Shown here: positions 27,391-40,911 of the stretch, one piece after another | Layout: every line of letters starts with the position of its first letter | How positions within the stretch are numbered: position 1 is the stretch's first letter | Assembly (NCBI RefSeq): GCF_009834535.1 | Contig: NC_045707.1 | Location: 48,858,001 to 48,922,000 of the forward strand | Origin: Camelus ferus | Lineage: Eukaryota | Reading direction: 5' to 3' | DNA length: 64,000 nucleotides | Position numbers and translations under genes: made by a program | The notes under the pieces: generated by a model | Told to the model about the DNA's origin: nothing | Seen by the model: only the letters and a program-made list of their open reading frames with translations | Databases searched by the model: none

Positions 27391-29987
27391 CATAGGAAGG
27401 TAGTAGCAACGGTTTTACCCCTTATAATCAGTGGAGTGGGATATCTGTACCCTCCTGCGGCTTTTACTGATGTGGCCTTTGGGGCTGGGGACAAGGGCAG
27501 ACACAGGTGGGCTGTCCTCAGAGTGACTGCTCCTCTCTGTTCAACACTGCCATAGAACAGAGAGAAGGCAACCATTAAGAGAAGTCCTTTCTACATAAAA
27601 TTAATTGTTTCAGCAAGCAGGATGGTATTTCATTAATTTTTGTAAAGATTTGTAGCCAAAAGGATTTGTAAAATGTTTGGGACTTAAAGGGTAAAGCCAT
27701 AAAGGCCTCAGTTACTAGATAATACAACTTGTTGTAATAACTGATCCCCTGAGGGTGTCTGATAACCAAGCTCAGGCTCTATTAAGAAAATTAGCATGAA
27801 ACTAGAGTATATTTACCAGGGATAAGAAAGACTGGAACTGGTATTTAATCCCACCCTCCTCACTGTTCAGTGGAGATTAGGTCCTCCTGAGACTGTTACA
27901 AATTTGAGCTCCCACAGTCCAAAACATATTTTGACATATTGGCGAGGGTCCAAATAAGAACAAAATAAACGATTTTTTAAATGTCCATTTTTTCATAGGG
28001 AAAGAGAATTCAGAAGAAGACTCAGAAATAATTATTTCTGCTTTCAATTCAGTATTAAGCTAATAACTGTCTTAACATAATATTAATTATATATACAGTA
28101 TTAGTTCCAAATATAACACAATAAGTAATTTGGTTATTAAATCGTCATGAAAAAACTGCTTTAGTAGAGTGTCCTGAAGCCTAAGGAAGACATCACTTAA
28201 ACATCAATAGTTTAAAGGATAATGTGAAAATGTTATTACTGGCAGCAGTCTTACAAGGTCAGCCAGAAAGCAAGGGACTAGGTAGATCCCACCTCATGGT
28301 CACCCGACAATGTGTGCAGAGCACTAGATTAAATAATGCAGGAAGAGGAGGAAATGTTAGATATTTTCATGGATATTTTATTCATCTATTTTTATTCTAA
28401 AGCATTTGAAAGAGTTTAAAAACTCATGATAGGTAAGCAGCTTTAGAATCTAAGAAACTGAGAGATATCACTGCCTTTTTACCTTCACCAATATCCCTCA
28501 GACAGGCTCAATAACATCTGGGAATTTGACCCAGTTTGGTTTTCTCTTTGTGTCACATGTGACACTGGATAACTTAATACCCGAGTGTCAGTTTACCCAC
28601 CTGGAAAGAGTGATAATCACTCTGATTGAGAATGTGTTGAAAGAATTAACAATATATAAAATCATCTAACACACGGCGTGGGCCATTGCTGCTGAACAGA
28701 GCCAGTGTGGGGATTCAGACTCGGGTCTCTTTCCAGAAACGCTTCTGAAAGTAGCCTCTTGATGAAGCAGTGAGGCTGCAGGATGCCAGGAGGAAGTTGC
28801 TGCCTCCAAGATGGCCTCTCTGCTGTTTGAGAGGTCTCGGCAGATTTCATACTTTACCTGGTATCACTGCTTCCGTTACAAATAAAGCTGGGCCCGAGAA
28901 GAATAATTCACACTAACAACAAATCATCTGGAAGCAGGTTTAGAGAATGGGGATGATGACTGAGAGTGCCCTGAATAGACCAGCAAAGCAGCTCAGAGGA
29001 AGAAAGATGGGAGGGAAGCAGAAAGGGGAACGAGAGTTCTGAAGACAGACCATCTTCTCCTGCATCACTCTGTCCAGGACCAAACCTGCTTTCTAAATCT
29101 AGTACAGCTATTCACCTCTGGTCACCAAGGAAAGAGTCCTGATGCACAGGTGAGAACCAGACTTCTAGATTTACATAAAGCATACCAAAATACAAGATGC
29201 AAGTTTCACCTTTCTCTAGAACTTTTGCAGTCTGAGTGGAAGTGAAGAATGGAAATTTAACACAAATATATTTTCTCTCCATAACTGTAGTAAAAATCAG
29301 TTTCACGAACCATGTCAGGTACCAAAACTCTAAAATAAATCTTATACTCTGGGAGAAAAAAATTTTAATGTAATTTGATTTGTTTGGCTCTGACAGATAA
29401 AAAAGAGGAAAGGAGACTTTTTCTCAAAACATTCAGATCATATTTATGCATTACTTTTGGACATAATTTTTTATAAATACTCATGCAAAAGGTTCATTGT
29501 TTCATTGCTTTCAAAGCATTTCAAGCAATCAAAATAATTTGGATTTTTTTTTTACATATCCAACATCATACAGGTAAGATTTCTGCAATATTTATTAGAT
29601 TATTAATGAAAAGCAAAGGCAGCAATTTAAGACATGCAAGGTTTAGGAAAATTATTTCTTAGTGTATTTCTGAAATATTCATCTATTATCACTATATACT
29701 TTAACTTCTTTTCTTAATTGGTAAAATTGTTATAGTTGAGGTAAACCATCTTTACCTATGTAAAATCATCTATAAGTATATAAAAAGTTAAAACCAACTT
29801 TTTCTATTTAAAGTATTTAAGGTGACACACTGGCAATTATAACTCCTTTAACATAATTTCAAGAGCTTTGCGTACTATGTAATTTGAATTCTGCTGCTTA
29901 ATTTGAGTGACTATAAAATAATTTGGGGTTTTTAAAGACTGAGAAGCATTTCCCAAGGTTGGCTTTTTCAAACAGAAAATTGAGTGT

Positions 29988-29993
29988 TATAAA
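29988..29993 (+). promoter_or_regulatory. EPYC: TATA box of EPYC
   Basis: TATAAA lies 31 nt upstream of an initiator-like TTCACA and of sequence resembling the EPYC 5' UTR as I recall it. Confidence 0.75.
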
Positions 29994-30018
29994 TTCCACC
30001 TCCCACAGACCAGAATTC

Positions 30019-30096
30019 ACAACCATTGGTCAGGGGCAGACCACTGGCTCCGCATCCTCAGTCACTTCGTGCCATTTCACCAAGTAGGAGCCAAAG
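30019..30096 (+). other. EPYC: EPYC exon 1 (non-coding 5' UTR); start approximate
   Basis: Follows the TATA box, has no ATG, and ends in a consensus donor AAG|GTAAGT at 30097. ACAACCATTGGTCAGGGGCA...GAGCCAAAG resembles the human EPYC mRNA leader (recall). Confidence 0.8.
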
Positions 30097-31997
30097 GTAA
30101 GTCTTTACACTTGCTTTCTTCTTGGGTCAGAGACTTTTTTTTCCTACTATAACAACCTTTAAAAAAACAATTCAACTTGCTTTAATATCTCATGGTGAAC
30201 TTTGATTCAATGGATTGGGTTTAATTTTGCTATTTTTATATTTATATTATTCTTGGAAAATCCGAAATTTTGAATTAGCTTAGGAATTCATAACACACAG
30301 CAAAATAGTTGACCTTAATAGCCATGACAGATGCCAATAAAATTATAGTAGTTTCCAGTATATTCCTGAAATCAGATGCCCTGACACAGAACATGTTTTT
30401 TGCCAGTATTGACAGGCACTACTGATTGTCATTGATTGAAATATTATGCAAAATAAGAAAATAATGAGATTTCAGGTGTTTAAAATATACTAATGATCAT
30501 ATTACAATTATGCATTTATATATCTTTTTAGGCTATATATTTTAAAGTTTTATATAAGTATATTATTAAAATATCACTAAATGGTATAAAGTGGACAAGT
30601 TCAAAATTCCAACAAGTATACTACATTAAATACTAATTATCTGAAGGAAGGAACATGCTTTTTTAACTAAACAGGGATGTATGTTCTTCATATTTCTAAG
30701 GTTCCCACACACTGCCTTATTGATGATAGCTTTATGGAATATGTCAAGTTCAAGTGAACTCTAATATGCAGACATTTATAATCAAACAGAGAGTATGAAC
30801 TGAGAAAAAGAACAAGCAAGTGCATAATTTGTTTGAACTATGAAAACTGACAGAAATGTAAAAGGAACATAACCTTTTTGGGTTAGTGGTGGCCACTATC
30901 AATGCATCCCACCAGAATATGGGAGAATGGTCCTTGAAAGATTTGCAAATCACACTGTTTTATTAAGTAGTACTTTGTAGGTAATTGCATAAAACAGTTC
31001 CAAATCTGAGGACCTGCAAAGACCTCTGCAAAGGCAAGTGAAAAAGAGGCTTAGTTTATCCAGTGTGAATAAAAAATTTATGTGAAGAAAGCATAGGAGA
31101 GGATAAAAAGGAGCTCCTTGTACTGCTTCTTATTCTCAGAGGAATTTCATATCCTTCTGCCTAAACCTGCTTCATAAAGACTCTCTTTCAAGTAACTGAA
31201 GGTCAGTTTGTCTGCCAGTGCATTCAAGTTGAAAAGTAATATTTATCATGAATTCCCTTTTATATGTGTGCATAGGTACAAACACCATATGTGCTGTTCT
31301 TAAAGTAAACCTAAGAAGTGTATCCAGAATGCAAAACCTTTAAAATTAAACATGTTTGATAAAAAACTTTACAAATATTTTGCTTCCTCAATAAATGATC
31401 ACTAGGCACCGCTTTTGATAGGACTAATTTAAATGCTTAAAAATAAACATGAGAGTTTTTTTTCCTGAATTAAAATGTATCCAAAGGAGTATATTTAAAG
31501 AACTAAAATAGAATGCTAAGATCTTGACTGAATCCTCTAATGTGTGATGTTATCATGGAAAATAAGAATTGTGCTTACTAAAGAGTTACAAAAGATTACT
31601 CTAATCCCGTGTGTGTGGAAATCCTCCTCTAAGGAAATCTTGCTAAATGGTGACTTTTAGACACATATGCCTATTGATTCTGAGTTTAAACTTTAGATAG
31701 CTATTAAGAACTGAAATAAGACACTGACTAAAGGAAAAAAATAATTTTGTCTGCTCCATCTAGATAAGAACAAGTTTTGAAAATACTGCATGAAATATTA
31801 ATATTATATATGTAGATATTAAACTATGTATGTTTTAAGGTTCCCCAGAGGATACAAAGAAGTAAAAGGGAAAAAAAGGCATTATTTTGTCTGGAATAAG
31901 CCCTGTGCTTCAATGTACAAGAAGCAGGTCCAGCTGTATTACTAGCCAACTCTGTCTTGGTTTCCCTTTCTATAAAATGATGAGGGAGTTACAGTGA

Positions 31998-32029
31998 TTA
32001 TCATCATCGTCATCGTCATCGTCATCATC
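31998..32029. repeat. (CAT/CGT)n trinucleotide microsatellite
   Basis: TTATCATCATCGTCATCGTCATCGTCATCATC. Confidence 0.8.
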
Positions 32030-32433
32030 CCTACATCCCAGAGTTGAAGAAAGAATGTTAATGCTTAGTAAATGGTAAAACTCTCAGAAAATGCAAAGGC
32101 TTTGTGGATAAGTATATCACAATCCTTCCGAATCCCATTTTCTCCATGTTTCTCTATAAAATAAAAATCAACTTGACTGTAATTACAGTATCTACTGTGA
32201 AAATGTGGATAGGTTTATGAATTAACTTGAATATCTGTCATCAATAGTCCTCAGAAGCCACACACAATTTTATGTACTATGTTCATAAATTATCCATGCA
32301 AAGATAGCTACCAGCTTGAGTTTCTCAGTATTGACAGTGATTTATGGTTCCTATTTAGTACAAACTATTCATAAGTTATTATCAATTAAATATTTACACA
32401 TTTTAATATTTTATGATTAGGAAAGTTTGAAAA

Positions 32434-32598
32434 ATGAAAATGTTAGTGAGACTCATTCTGGGACTTGTCATCTTTGATGCTGCTGCGACTGCCCCAACTC
32501 TAGAGTCCATCAACTATGACTCAGAAACGTACGATGCCGCCTTAGAAGACCTGGATAACTTACACGGCTATGAGAACATACCAGTGGGTCAAGCGAAG
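32434..32598 (+). CDS. EPYC: Epiphycan coding exon 2 (aa 1-55: signal peptide and acidic/Tyr-containing N-terminus); exon begins at 32421
   Basis: Acceptor ATTAG|G at 32420/32421, ATG at 32434, MKMLVRLILGLVIFDAAATAPTLESINYDSETYD...PVGQAK, donor AAG|GTAACT (phase 0), 165 coding nt. Confidence 0.96.
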
Positions 32599-34544
32599 GT
32601 AACTGATTCCACTCACTCTTGAGACTTTTTAAAGCATTGTATGAGGAGTTACTGGGGTTTCTTCTTTTCAAATATATTTTAATAATTTCATATTGACTGT
32701 TTCTCCAGAACATGTTCAAAGTGTTGGAGGTTAATACTGGGAGACTCTTTTGCTTTCTTACACTTCATTTTCTTTCTATCTCCTTACACAACTGAAAAAT
32801 AAAGAGTTTCTATCAAGTTAGAAGAGAGAAAATTAGAGGAAGAGGCAGCCTGTGAGGAAAAGACAAGTTCAAGCAATGTATATATAATGAAATGATAAAG
32901 AAGTTTGGGAAGTTTGAAGGAAAGAGAAAGATGTGAGATTAAAATACAATGGAAGAAAATAAAAAGAACGCAGAGAAAGGATGATGGTTTGGAATGCCTC
33001 AGTATTCCAAGAGTAAACGTGCTGCCCTAAATGACTGAGTCCCCTCAGCTGTAATGTAGGCCCTGGCAAGTTTACAGCCCATTACCTAAATCTGATATGA
33101 CACGTTCCTAATTAAATGGAGTTTTTTTTACATAACTAAAGGATACAGACTAATTTTTCTGAATTAGAAAACAAACAGACCTTGAAATGCTGGAGTATAA
33201 CTAATCTAAAACATTGACAACACTAATTAAGTGTAAATAAACCAAAAGGGAAATTATATCACCTTTATAGGATTATAACCTATTTTGGGCAGTCATTCAA
33301 GTGTAAATTTTCTTAGAATAACTACATTTGATAATTAGGAAAATGAAATATTTAGACAAAACAACGCCCTTACATTGCATAGGACTTAGATATATCCTTA
33401 TTAAGACAGTAAATGTTCTCATTATTGTTTTGGTCTCTTATTAAATGCAAGAATCAGATTTTCACAATACAATGGTTTTCATAAGTCTTCTCCCCTACCC
33501 TCCTTTTCTTTCCCTGTCTGTCTTTCTTTTGACCTCACTCTCTCGCCCCAAACTCAACATCCTGTCTGTCTCTCCTCTTCTCGTTTTAGTAAAACCGTAG
33601 GCTTGACAGCAGGTCATTTTTCTTTGAACATTTGGTTATGACTCTGTTTTTCTAAGTTTTATTAATATTCACTGTTTGATTCATTTCACCGTGTGGTTTC
33701 TGCTATGCGGAGGGGATTTTATGTTGAGAATCTATAGACATTAATACCAATCTTTCTGTATGTGATCTCTATATTTCTACCTTAATGCATCAATGTGGAG
33801 TGTAAGAGGAAAGTTTTTCAGTGCTTAATTCATCTGGTCTGCTCCTTTTTCCATATTGCATAAATATTTTTGTAAAAAAACAACTCAGTGCATATCTGCA
33901 GTTATCTACCAAATTAAATATTTTAACTTAAGCTTATTTGTCATTCCTCAAAAAAATATTTCATAGGATTGGTCAGTATAAGTGAGTTCCCTATTTTGAG
34001 TAGGGCTGGGGAGAGTGGATTCAAGGGATTATTTATTTCCTTCTGAAGACCAAATTTCCTCATGGGATTACCATTTGAGAGCAAGGCTGCCCTAGGCAAA
34101 CTTGTGAGGGCAGTGAGCTTTCTCTGCAGACCTCTTTTAAGCCACCCCTCGGTGTCAGGATCCTTTCTGTTGCCCAGGAGGCCCTAGACATTCTCATGAT
34201 ATTATGACGTTCTTCCTGCCATCAAGAAAATTAAGCTAATAAAAATATCTGTATAAAGATGATTTAGTACACAATCTTTCTTCAGCATTTGCTTATTCTG
34301 GAATAACAACCTTTCTGCAAGGTACTGAATATGTGGCATTGTATCCTTACACATCCCAGCCCTTATTTCATGCAAACATCTCCCATTTTCACATTGGCCT
34401 AGCCAAACTTGGAAACCTCACTAACTGAGGGTTCCAGAGAGCTACTGACAATCCCTTGTAGTTGATTGAAATATACAAGTCACACCTGATTTAACAATCC
34501 TTTGTGGTGAAGATATCATTGGAAAACTGGTTTTAGGTAAATCA

Positions 34545-34564
34545 TAGATAGATAGGTAGATAGG

Positions 34565-34625
<61 letters not shown>

Positions 34626-34634
34626 CGATCGATC
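34545..34634. repeat. (TAGA)n tetranucleotide microsatellite, about 20 units, with TAGG variants and a (GATC) tail
   Basis: Directly visible. Confidence 0.97.
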
Positions 34635-35142
34635 ATAGATATACATATACCTATGCTATAATGAAACTATAACACATTTGAAAACATAAACTATACATCA
34701 TTTTTAAAAGAAATTTATGAAATTGTTCCAGTAACAAAAATCAACCAACCTACTCATCCACCACCTATGAAAAAATATCCAAAAACAAACAAAATGAATA
34801 TAACAAAGCAAATAAGATGACATGAGGAACAAAATTCAGGAGGAATTGCTGGGTCTAAAATCTGTTTCTAATATAGTATCCAGTGGATCCTGGATATTCT
34901 ATAGCATCAGAAGTCACATCAGCCATCAATGTGGAATACTGTTACGGCATAATCATTTTCAAAAATAGAAATATTTTCATTCCCCTCTTCCAACCACAGA
35001 GCAGGTAATGGATATACTACCACCAGCAGAGATCAATAAAGCTCTATTGGGAGTCTCCCCTGAGACTCAGGGATGGTTTGGCTCACTGACTAGATAAATC
35101 ACTGGACTCATAAATGCAAAAGCCTCGCAGCAGTATAGTAAT

Positions 35143-36513
35143 TCAATGGAGAATGAAAGAAAAGCATTCCTCATTCAAGAGATTTCCTATTGGCTGATTA
35201 TTACTGATATTCTTTTATTAGTTGTTCTTGTTATTTACTGATGAGTGCATACCCTATCTCATTATAAACTGTCTATTAGCAATTTTGAAAGCACATATGG
35301 TAATACTTCAAAAACAAAATCTACATGAGGAGATTAGGATGACAGGAAGATAAAGGTGGGGAAGTAATATGATAAATAACAAAATTCAGTAATTCAAATT
35401 TGGGTTTCAGAAAACAAGTTTATATTATTACTTATTGCATTTATTTTCTATTGCTACGTTACAAATTGCTGTAAGTTAGCAGCTTAAAACTATACTTATT
35501 TTTAAATTCATGATTTCTGTGGGTCAGAAGTCCAGGGCCTCACAAGGCCAAAATTAAGATGATGGCCAGGTCTGTTACCTCACGTGGAGCTTGGGGTTCC
35601 TTGTATCTGCAGGACTGAGGTCCCCATGTGCTTGCTGGCTGTCAGCTTCTCTCAGCATCTAGAAACTTCCTGTATTCCTTGTTACATGGATCCATCTGTC
35701 TTTGAAGCCAGCAACAGATAGTTTTGCTTGCACTGAATTTCTCTCATGCTTCAAATTTTGTCCTTAACCTCGAGACACTGATTTAAAGGACTCATAAGTT
35801 TAGATCAGGCTGACCAAGATAATCTCCTTTTTAAAATTTCAACTGTATTCCATATCAAAACCAATTACAGGAGTGATATCCGATATGTTCATGATGTGAG
35901 GAATCAGAAAGGGCAAGCACACACCAGGAGATGGGCCACTTAGGAAGCATCTTAGAATTCCACCTACCACGTAATAATATGCGATTTCGTCTTACATAAT
36001 TACATTCGCTTATTTGCGCATGCACTGTTCCTGTATCTCCAGTAAACACCAAGGCTGTTCTACCTCCCAGTGCCATGGAGCACTCGATTGTATTCACTGT
36101 ACGATGGTGTGGAAGGCCTTTACCGCGACACCACCCAATGTTGGAGGAGAAATTTCTCTCAGGCCTCAGTGTCAGAATGGGTTGCAATTTTTAAGAAACT
36201 TGCTTATTTTCTGGGCAGTACATTTTGTAATTAAGTGTGTTTGTCATTTTGCTCAGAAAGCTGGATCTTAATTTTTGCCTCATTCTTCCCTGATTTGCTA
36301 TTACTTCCCCCACCTTTATTTTCCTGTCATCCTACTCTCCTCACATCGATTTTTTTTTGAAGTATTACCACATGTGCTTTTAAAACCGCCTTATATACAT
36401 TCTGGAATGAGACAGGGTACACATTCATAAGAAAATTAAAGAATATCAGTAATAATTGGTCAATAGGAGACTTCTTCAGTGAGGATGCTTGTCTTGCTAT
36501 TACTCTCCACTGA
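35143..36513. repeat. Long diverged inverted repeat (arms ~35143-35369 and ~36299-36513)
   Basis: Left arm AAAGCACATATGGTAATACTTCAAAAA...TAGGATGACAGGAAGATAAAGGTGGGGAAGTAATA. Right arm TATTACTTCCCCCACCTTTATTTTCCTGTCATCCTA...TTTTTGAAGTATTACCACATGTGCTTT is its reverse complement. Confidence 0.92.
35436..35971 (-). mobile_element. MaLR solo LTR (MLT1D/E/F-like)
   Basis: TTTTCTATTGCTACGTTACAAATT...TTAGCAGCTTAAAAC...TTCTGTGGGTCAGAAGTCCAGG...GGACTGAGGTCCCC...CATCTTAGAATTCCACCTACCAC. Confidence 0.85.
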
Positions 36514-38617
36514 TCTGCAAACTAAGGCCAATTTTTCTCTTTCATAGGAAGAACAAGTAGCTAGATTGTTTAAAATCATCCTTACAAAGAAAACTGCCAT
36601 GAAACAAATGAATTCAGCTTCAAAAATATAATTTATAGGTGGAGAAGTTATAAGCTTCATCAAAGGAATGAAAATTAAATTTAGTGGAGTTACAGGAATG
36701 GGAGGGAACTCAGCGAAGGCAGCTGTATCAATTAACAATTTGGCAGTGATTTCTCTTCTCTTGTCATCACGATAACATGGTGTTACATAAAAAGTTTTAG
36801 AATATACGTTGATGGCCTGGAACACCTGAAACTGCTTAAGTAGAATTAAACTAAATCAAACTTTCGGACTACTCATAGAAATCAATGTCCACTGTAGACA
36901 ATGATATATAGGAAGGATCTTAAAATTTGGTTATCTAAATGGAATAAATAGAACTTGTTAACGCCAGAGGATAGCTTGCCTCAAAGCTCATCTCTATATT
37001 TTCTGAACAAAAAGTAATTAAATTAGTACTATTTCCACTATTTATTTCTTGTGGTGACAAAAAAAAAAACCATACAATACTTTTATCTTTATATTTGGAA
37101 TTACATCTCATTTTGCCTAAATTATACAGTATCTTTTAGAGTTTCAAACATACAGTTGCTCCTCTTATTGGAAGAAGTAACTTGTCAAAGTTTCAGTCAG
37201 CCTGAACTAAATATTCTTTTCAGGATATGGCAAAAAGTAAAAGCTAATCTTTCTCTTCACTCTCCCTTTTCACGGAAGATGCTCTGGAGGATGAGGAAAT
37301 AAGTTTGCTGACGATTGTTTAATAGGGTTGTCTGATTGACTTTCCATATACTGCTTTCAGAAGCAGCATTAAAACAATTTGATTCTCATTTTAAGCTATT
37401 TGAAAACTTTAACAAAATAAAGCAACAGAAATGTACAATCCTGTAGGCTCATCGGGGAAAAAAAATCATTGATAGTATTTGCCCGTGACTTGTTTGTGCT
37501 TGTATTTGTATTATATATTATTTCTGAGACCACAAACATAACTTAATTCTCACAGCTGTCCCTTGAAATAAGACTTCTTCTTCTTATTATTATTATTACT
37601 ATTATTAAGAACAACTGAGGTTGCCCAAGGTTATTCAGGCAGCAAGTTTCAGAGTAAAATTTAAATCAGATTCTTTTAACGCCAAACCAGAGAGAATCTG
37701 GTACTAAAACCTCCATTAGTTTTCTGCTGCTTCTCTTTTATCTTTACTTCTTTTAGCTATGTCCAATATTGAGATTTATTTTCTCTGAAATTAAGTAACT
37801 TGTTTATTATGAATCCAAGAAACAAAGTTTTCAAGTGATTGCAATTAACACACTATCTGAGCACCTCTTCTAGCTGTCAAAGTATTTAAGGGAGAGAGAG
37901 GAAAGATAATCCTTTTGAACTGAAAGCAGCTTTAGCCAAAAATATGGGGTTTGAGCAATCACTGCCAAGCACTTTTCTTTCTCACTCATTTTCAAGATAA
38001 AGTAGAAAATAAGAAATACAGCTTTCATTGCCAGTGTTCATGGTCACATTCTTTTAGATAATTAACAGGAATCACTTAAATCAATTTGAGCACCAGACTT
38101 ATGCTTGGAACAGAATCCCATGCACTTAACATACCCACATGCCAGCGTGTGAAACCCTTAAGAGTATTCTTTAGTAAGCCAGGCTGAGTAGCCCTGAGCG
38201 TTTTAACATGTTTGGAAACCAATTTTTGATATAATGATAACAAAGAATACTTTCAGGATTTATTATCAACTGGTGGGATAATTTGGGATAAAGATACATT
38301 TAAAATTCTGTTTTGTTTAACAAAAACTTTAGTCTGTGCTAGAGCAAAAATCCAAATAACATGCTGGATTTTGAAGACTTAAAAAAAAAAGGGAGACAGA
38401 CTTAAAATTTAAACATTATTTGCTGAAGAACTGAGCTTACTGGTTAGGAATTGAGTGGCACAGTGGAGACCCGAAAGTAAGCAAATAATCGGTGAGGATA
38501 TTTGCTTCTCCATCTGGCTTTGCCAGGGCACTTAAGCCGTTAACACCCACACTACAAAGAATGGTGGGAGAAACCAGTAGCTTTGGGTGTTGCTCATGTG
38601 TACACCAGGTTCATCCT

Positions 38618-38850
38618 TGAGAGGCAGTTTTTTATGGTGTTGAGTGACATGTGCTATGCAGTCAGACTCTCTGTGTGTGAGTCTCAAGCTTGTGACACCA
38701 ACTGTGTGGCCTTGGACAATTATACAACCCCTCTGAGCCTCAGATTCCTATTTATAAGATACCTTGCAAGAATTAAATAAAAATCTTAACTGTTTCACTT
38801 AGAGCCTGGCACATAGCAAATGTTCAATAAATGTTACCTTTATCATCAAA
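38618..38850 (+). mobile_element. MIR SINE
   Basis: ACTGTGTGGCCTTGGACAATTATACAACCCCTCTGAGCCTCAGATTCC...CACTTAGAGCCTGGCACATAGCAAATGTTCAATAAATGTTA. Confidence 0.8.
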
Positions 38851-40911
38851 TCAATCATTTAATCAACAGCCACAGAAGCTTAAGCCCTGGTGACCAAGGA
38901 AGCCTTCGTGGAAGGGATGGGATTTGGACTATAATGAAGACCAACTGTATTGGGCATAAGTTCACTTTAGGTCCACTTAACAATATCTTGCTGAGAGCCA
39001 GGAATAGGAGCAGGTAAATCAGACTAAGTCCCTCCCTGTCCCTCAGTATCTCTCAGTCTAGTCATCTTATAAACACTTTCAAAACAATGAAGGAAGTGAA
39101 AAAAGAGAAGTATAAACAAGATCTGTAGTTATCTACTAGGACATAAAGTTTCTAAGGTTTCTATGAGTTCAGTCACAAAATATATACATATGCTGAGAAA
39201 TGATGTCTCCAAACCTGTCATCAGTCACAGACCTGACAGCAAATCTAAGATATAAATTATTTTACTCACATGTTTATCCACCACCTTTTTGAACAGTATT
39301 TAAGGCTATTTACATGAATAACTGCCATAAGTACAGAAATGAGTATAAAAATTACAATAAATGTAAACAGATAAACTAGAAAAACATAAGCTGTATACAA
39401 TATTATCTTATAAAATAGCTTATAAAATATGTAATAGAGTATATTGTATTATATTCTCCACAATACATCTTATATTATATACTATTAATTATATGTTATG
39501 TTATATTATGGTATAAAAATACTAGTTAAGAAAGTAAGGTAAAGAAAAATTAAGAGTTGAGAACATCATATGAAGCCAGGAGTCAACCATATATTTGGAA
39601 ATGCATATTACTTTATAATATTATGACACATACAGGGACATATAATATTGAAGTTTTACTGGGCAATAGTGTTAGGTTTTAAGGAACCTCATACATGCTC
39701 CTGCTATGCCCTACATAAATTCAGAATCAACTGAGAGACGGAAATGGGACTCAGACAAATAGAGTAAAAATATCCCTTTATTACTGATAAAGGCTAGGTT
39801 GAAATATATGACTTAGGTGTGAAGCAACTATGGGCTTCTTAATACACAACTTCAGCAACAGACTAGGTCATCAGTCCTAGGCAATGCTGGTCAATCACAG
39901 GCTGCAGAATACAGTGATCCTTAGTGCACTTAGTGCATATGAAGGGGCAAAACAGCACGCGTGCTCCCAACAGGCAGGCATCTTCCCCTAAAGAAGATGA
40001 ACCACTCAGGCTGATTTCCTTCTCCCACTCACCAATCATCCTGATCATTCTTCCTCCCTTAGGAGGAGTGGGTGAAGGGGCCAACAGAGGATGTACCACT
40101 TCCCAGGATGGTGGCCTGTCAAACCATCGGGCTTAGCCATCAAATTCAATATAGCTCTCCACGTAGAGAGAAAATCAGCCCATTTTTTAGGACAGTAATG
40201 ATCCTACCTTCATGAAGCCTGCCCCCATGCCAGCCACCACTCCTAGGTGTCCTCTGGAAGTCTGTGGATTTTCGACCCTAGAAGGCTCTAAAATGGACCC
40301 AAGGGCATCAGTGAATTTATCTTAAAGGCTTCTCCGTACCTGAGATTGAAACTTTACTCTCAGTTCTATGTTCTATGTCAAATTGTATCAAGCCACATTA
40401 TCTAATAACAGAACTTATGAAAGCTTCTGCAATGAAATGAAATGCTACATAAATAAACGCCAATAAGACAATTCCAGAAACAAAAAGAGGACACAGATTT
40501 GCATATAGCTCCCCTACCTCTATAATGTTTTTGAGGAAAAATTAAAAGCGCACATTAATGTTTCTTGCACATCAAAGTCTAAACTTGTTTAAATTCAAAG
40601 AGGTTACAGTACAAAATCAGAATTGCTTGCCCTGTGATTTAGAAGTCCAAACAATTTGCAGTCCAAACCTCCCCTGTCTCAATTCCTTTTGCTTCATCCC
40701 AACTAGATAAATTCTTCACGCTTGGATCAAGCTGGATTCTTTCAGTAACTATGACCTGAGTGCCCGCTTCTAAATACAGATGTAGTTCCCTCAGAGGCAC
40801 ATAAATTGTTATTCAGTCTCCCATGACCTTGATACTTAAAGAGCATGAAGCATTAATGGCACACGCAATATTATCACAATATTAACCCTAATCCACATCA
40901 AATTTTAAAAA

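Noticed and set aside
28550..28565. 16-bp palindrome GTGTCACATGTGACAC containing an E-box
   Set aside because: About one 8-bp-arm palindrome is expected per window, and it appears to sit in a MIR-like remnant.
1..29900. Possible 3' exon of KERA, the upstream neighbour in the DCN-LUM-KERA-EPYC cluster, or another gene
   Set aside because: I saw no LRR-like or keratocan C-terminal peptide and no convincing exon. The ORFs are short and repeat-derived or random.
34442..34636. Repetitive ORF (SIYL)n
   Set aside because: It is the translation of the TAGA microsatellite.
39665..40260. Possible LTR in a more GC-rich stretch
   Set aside because: I could not assign a family, termini or a TSD.
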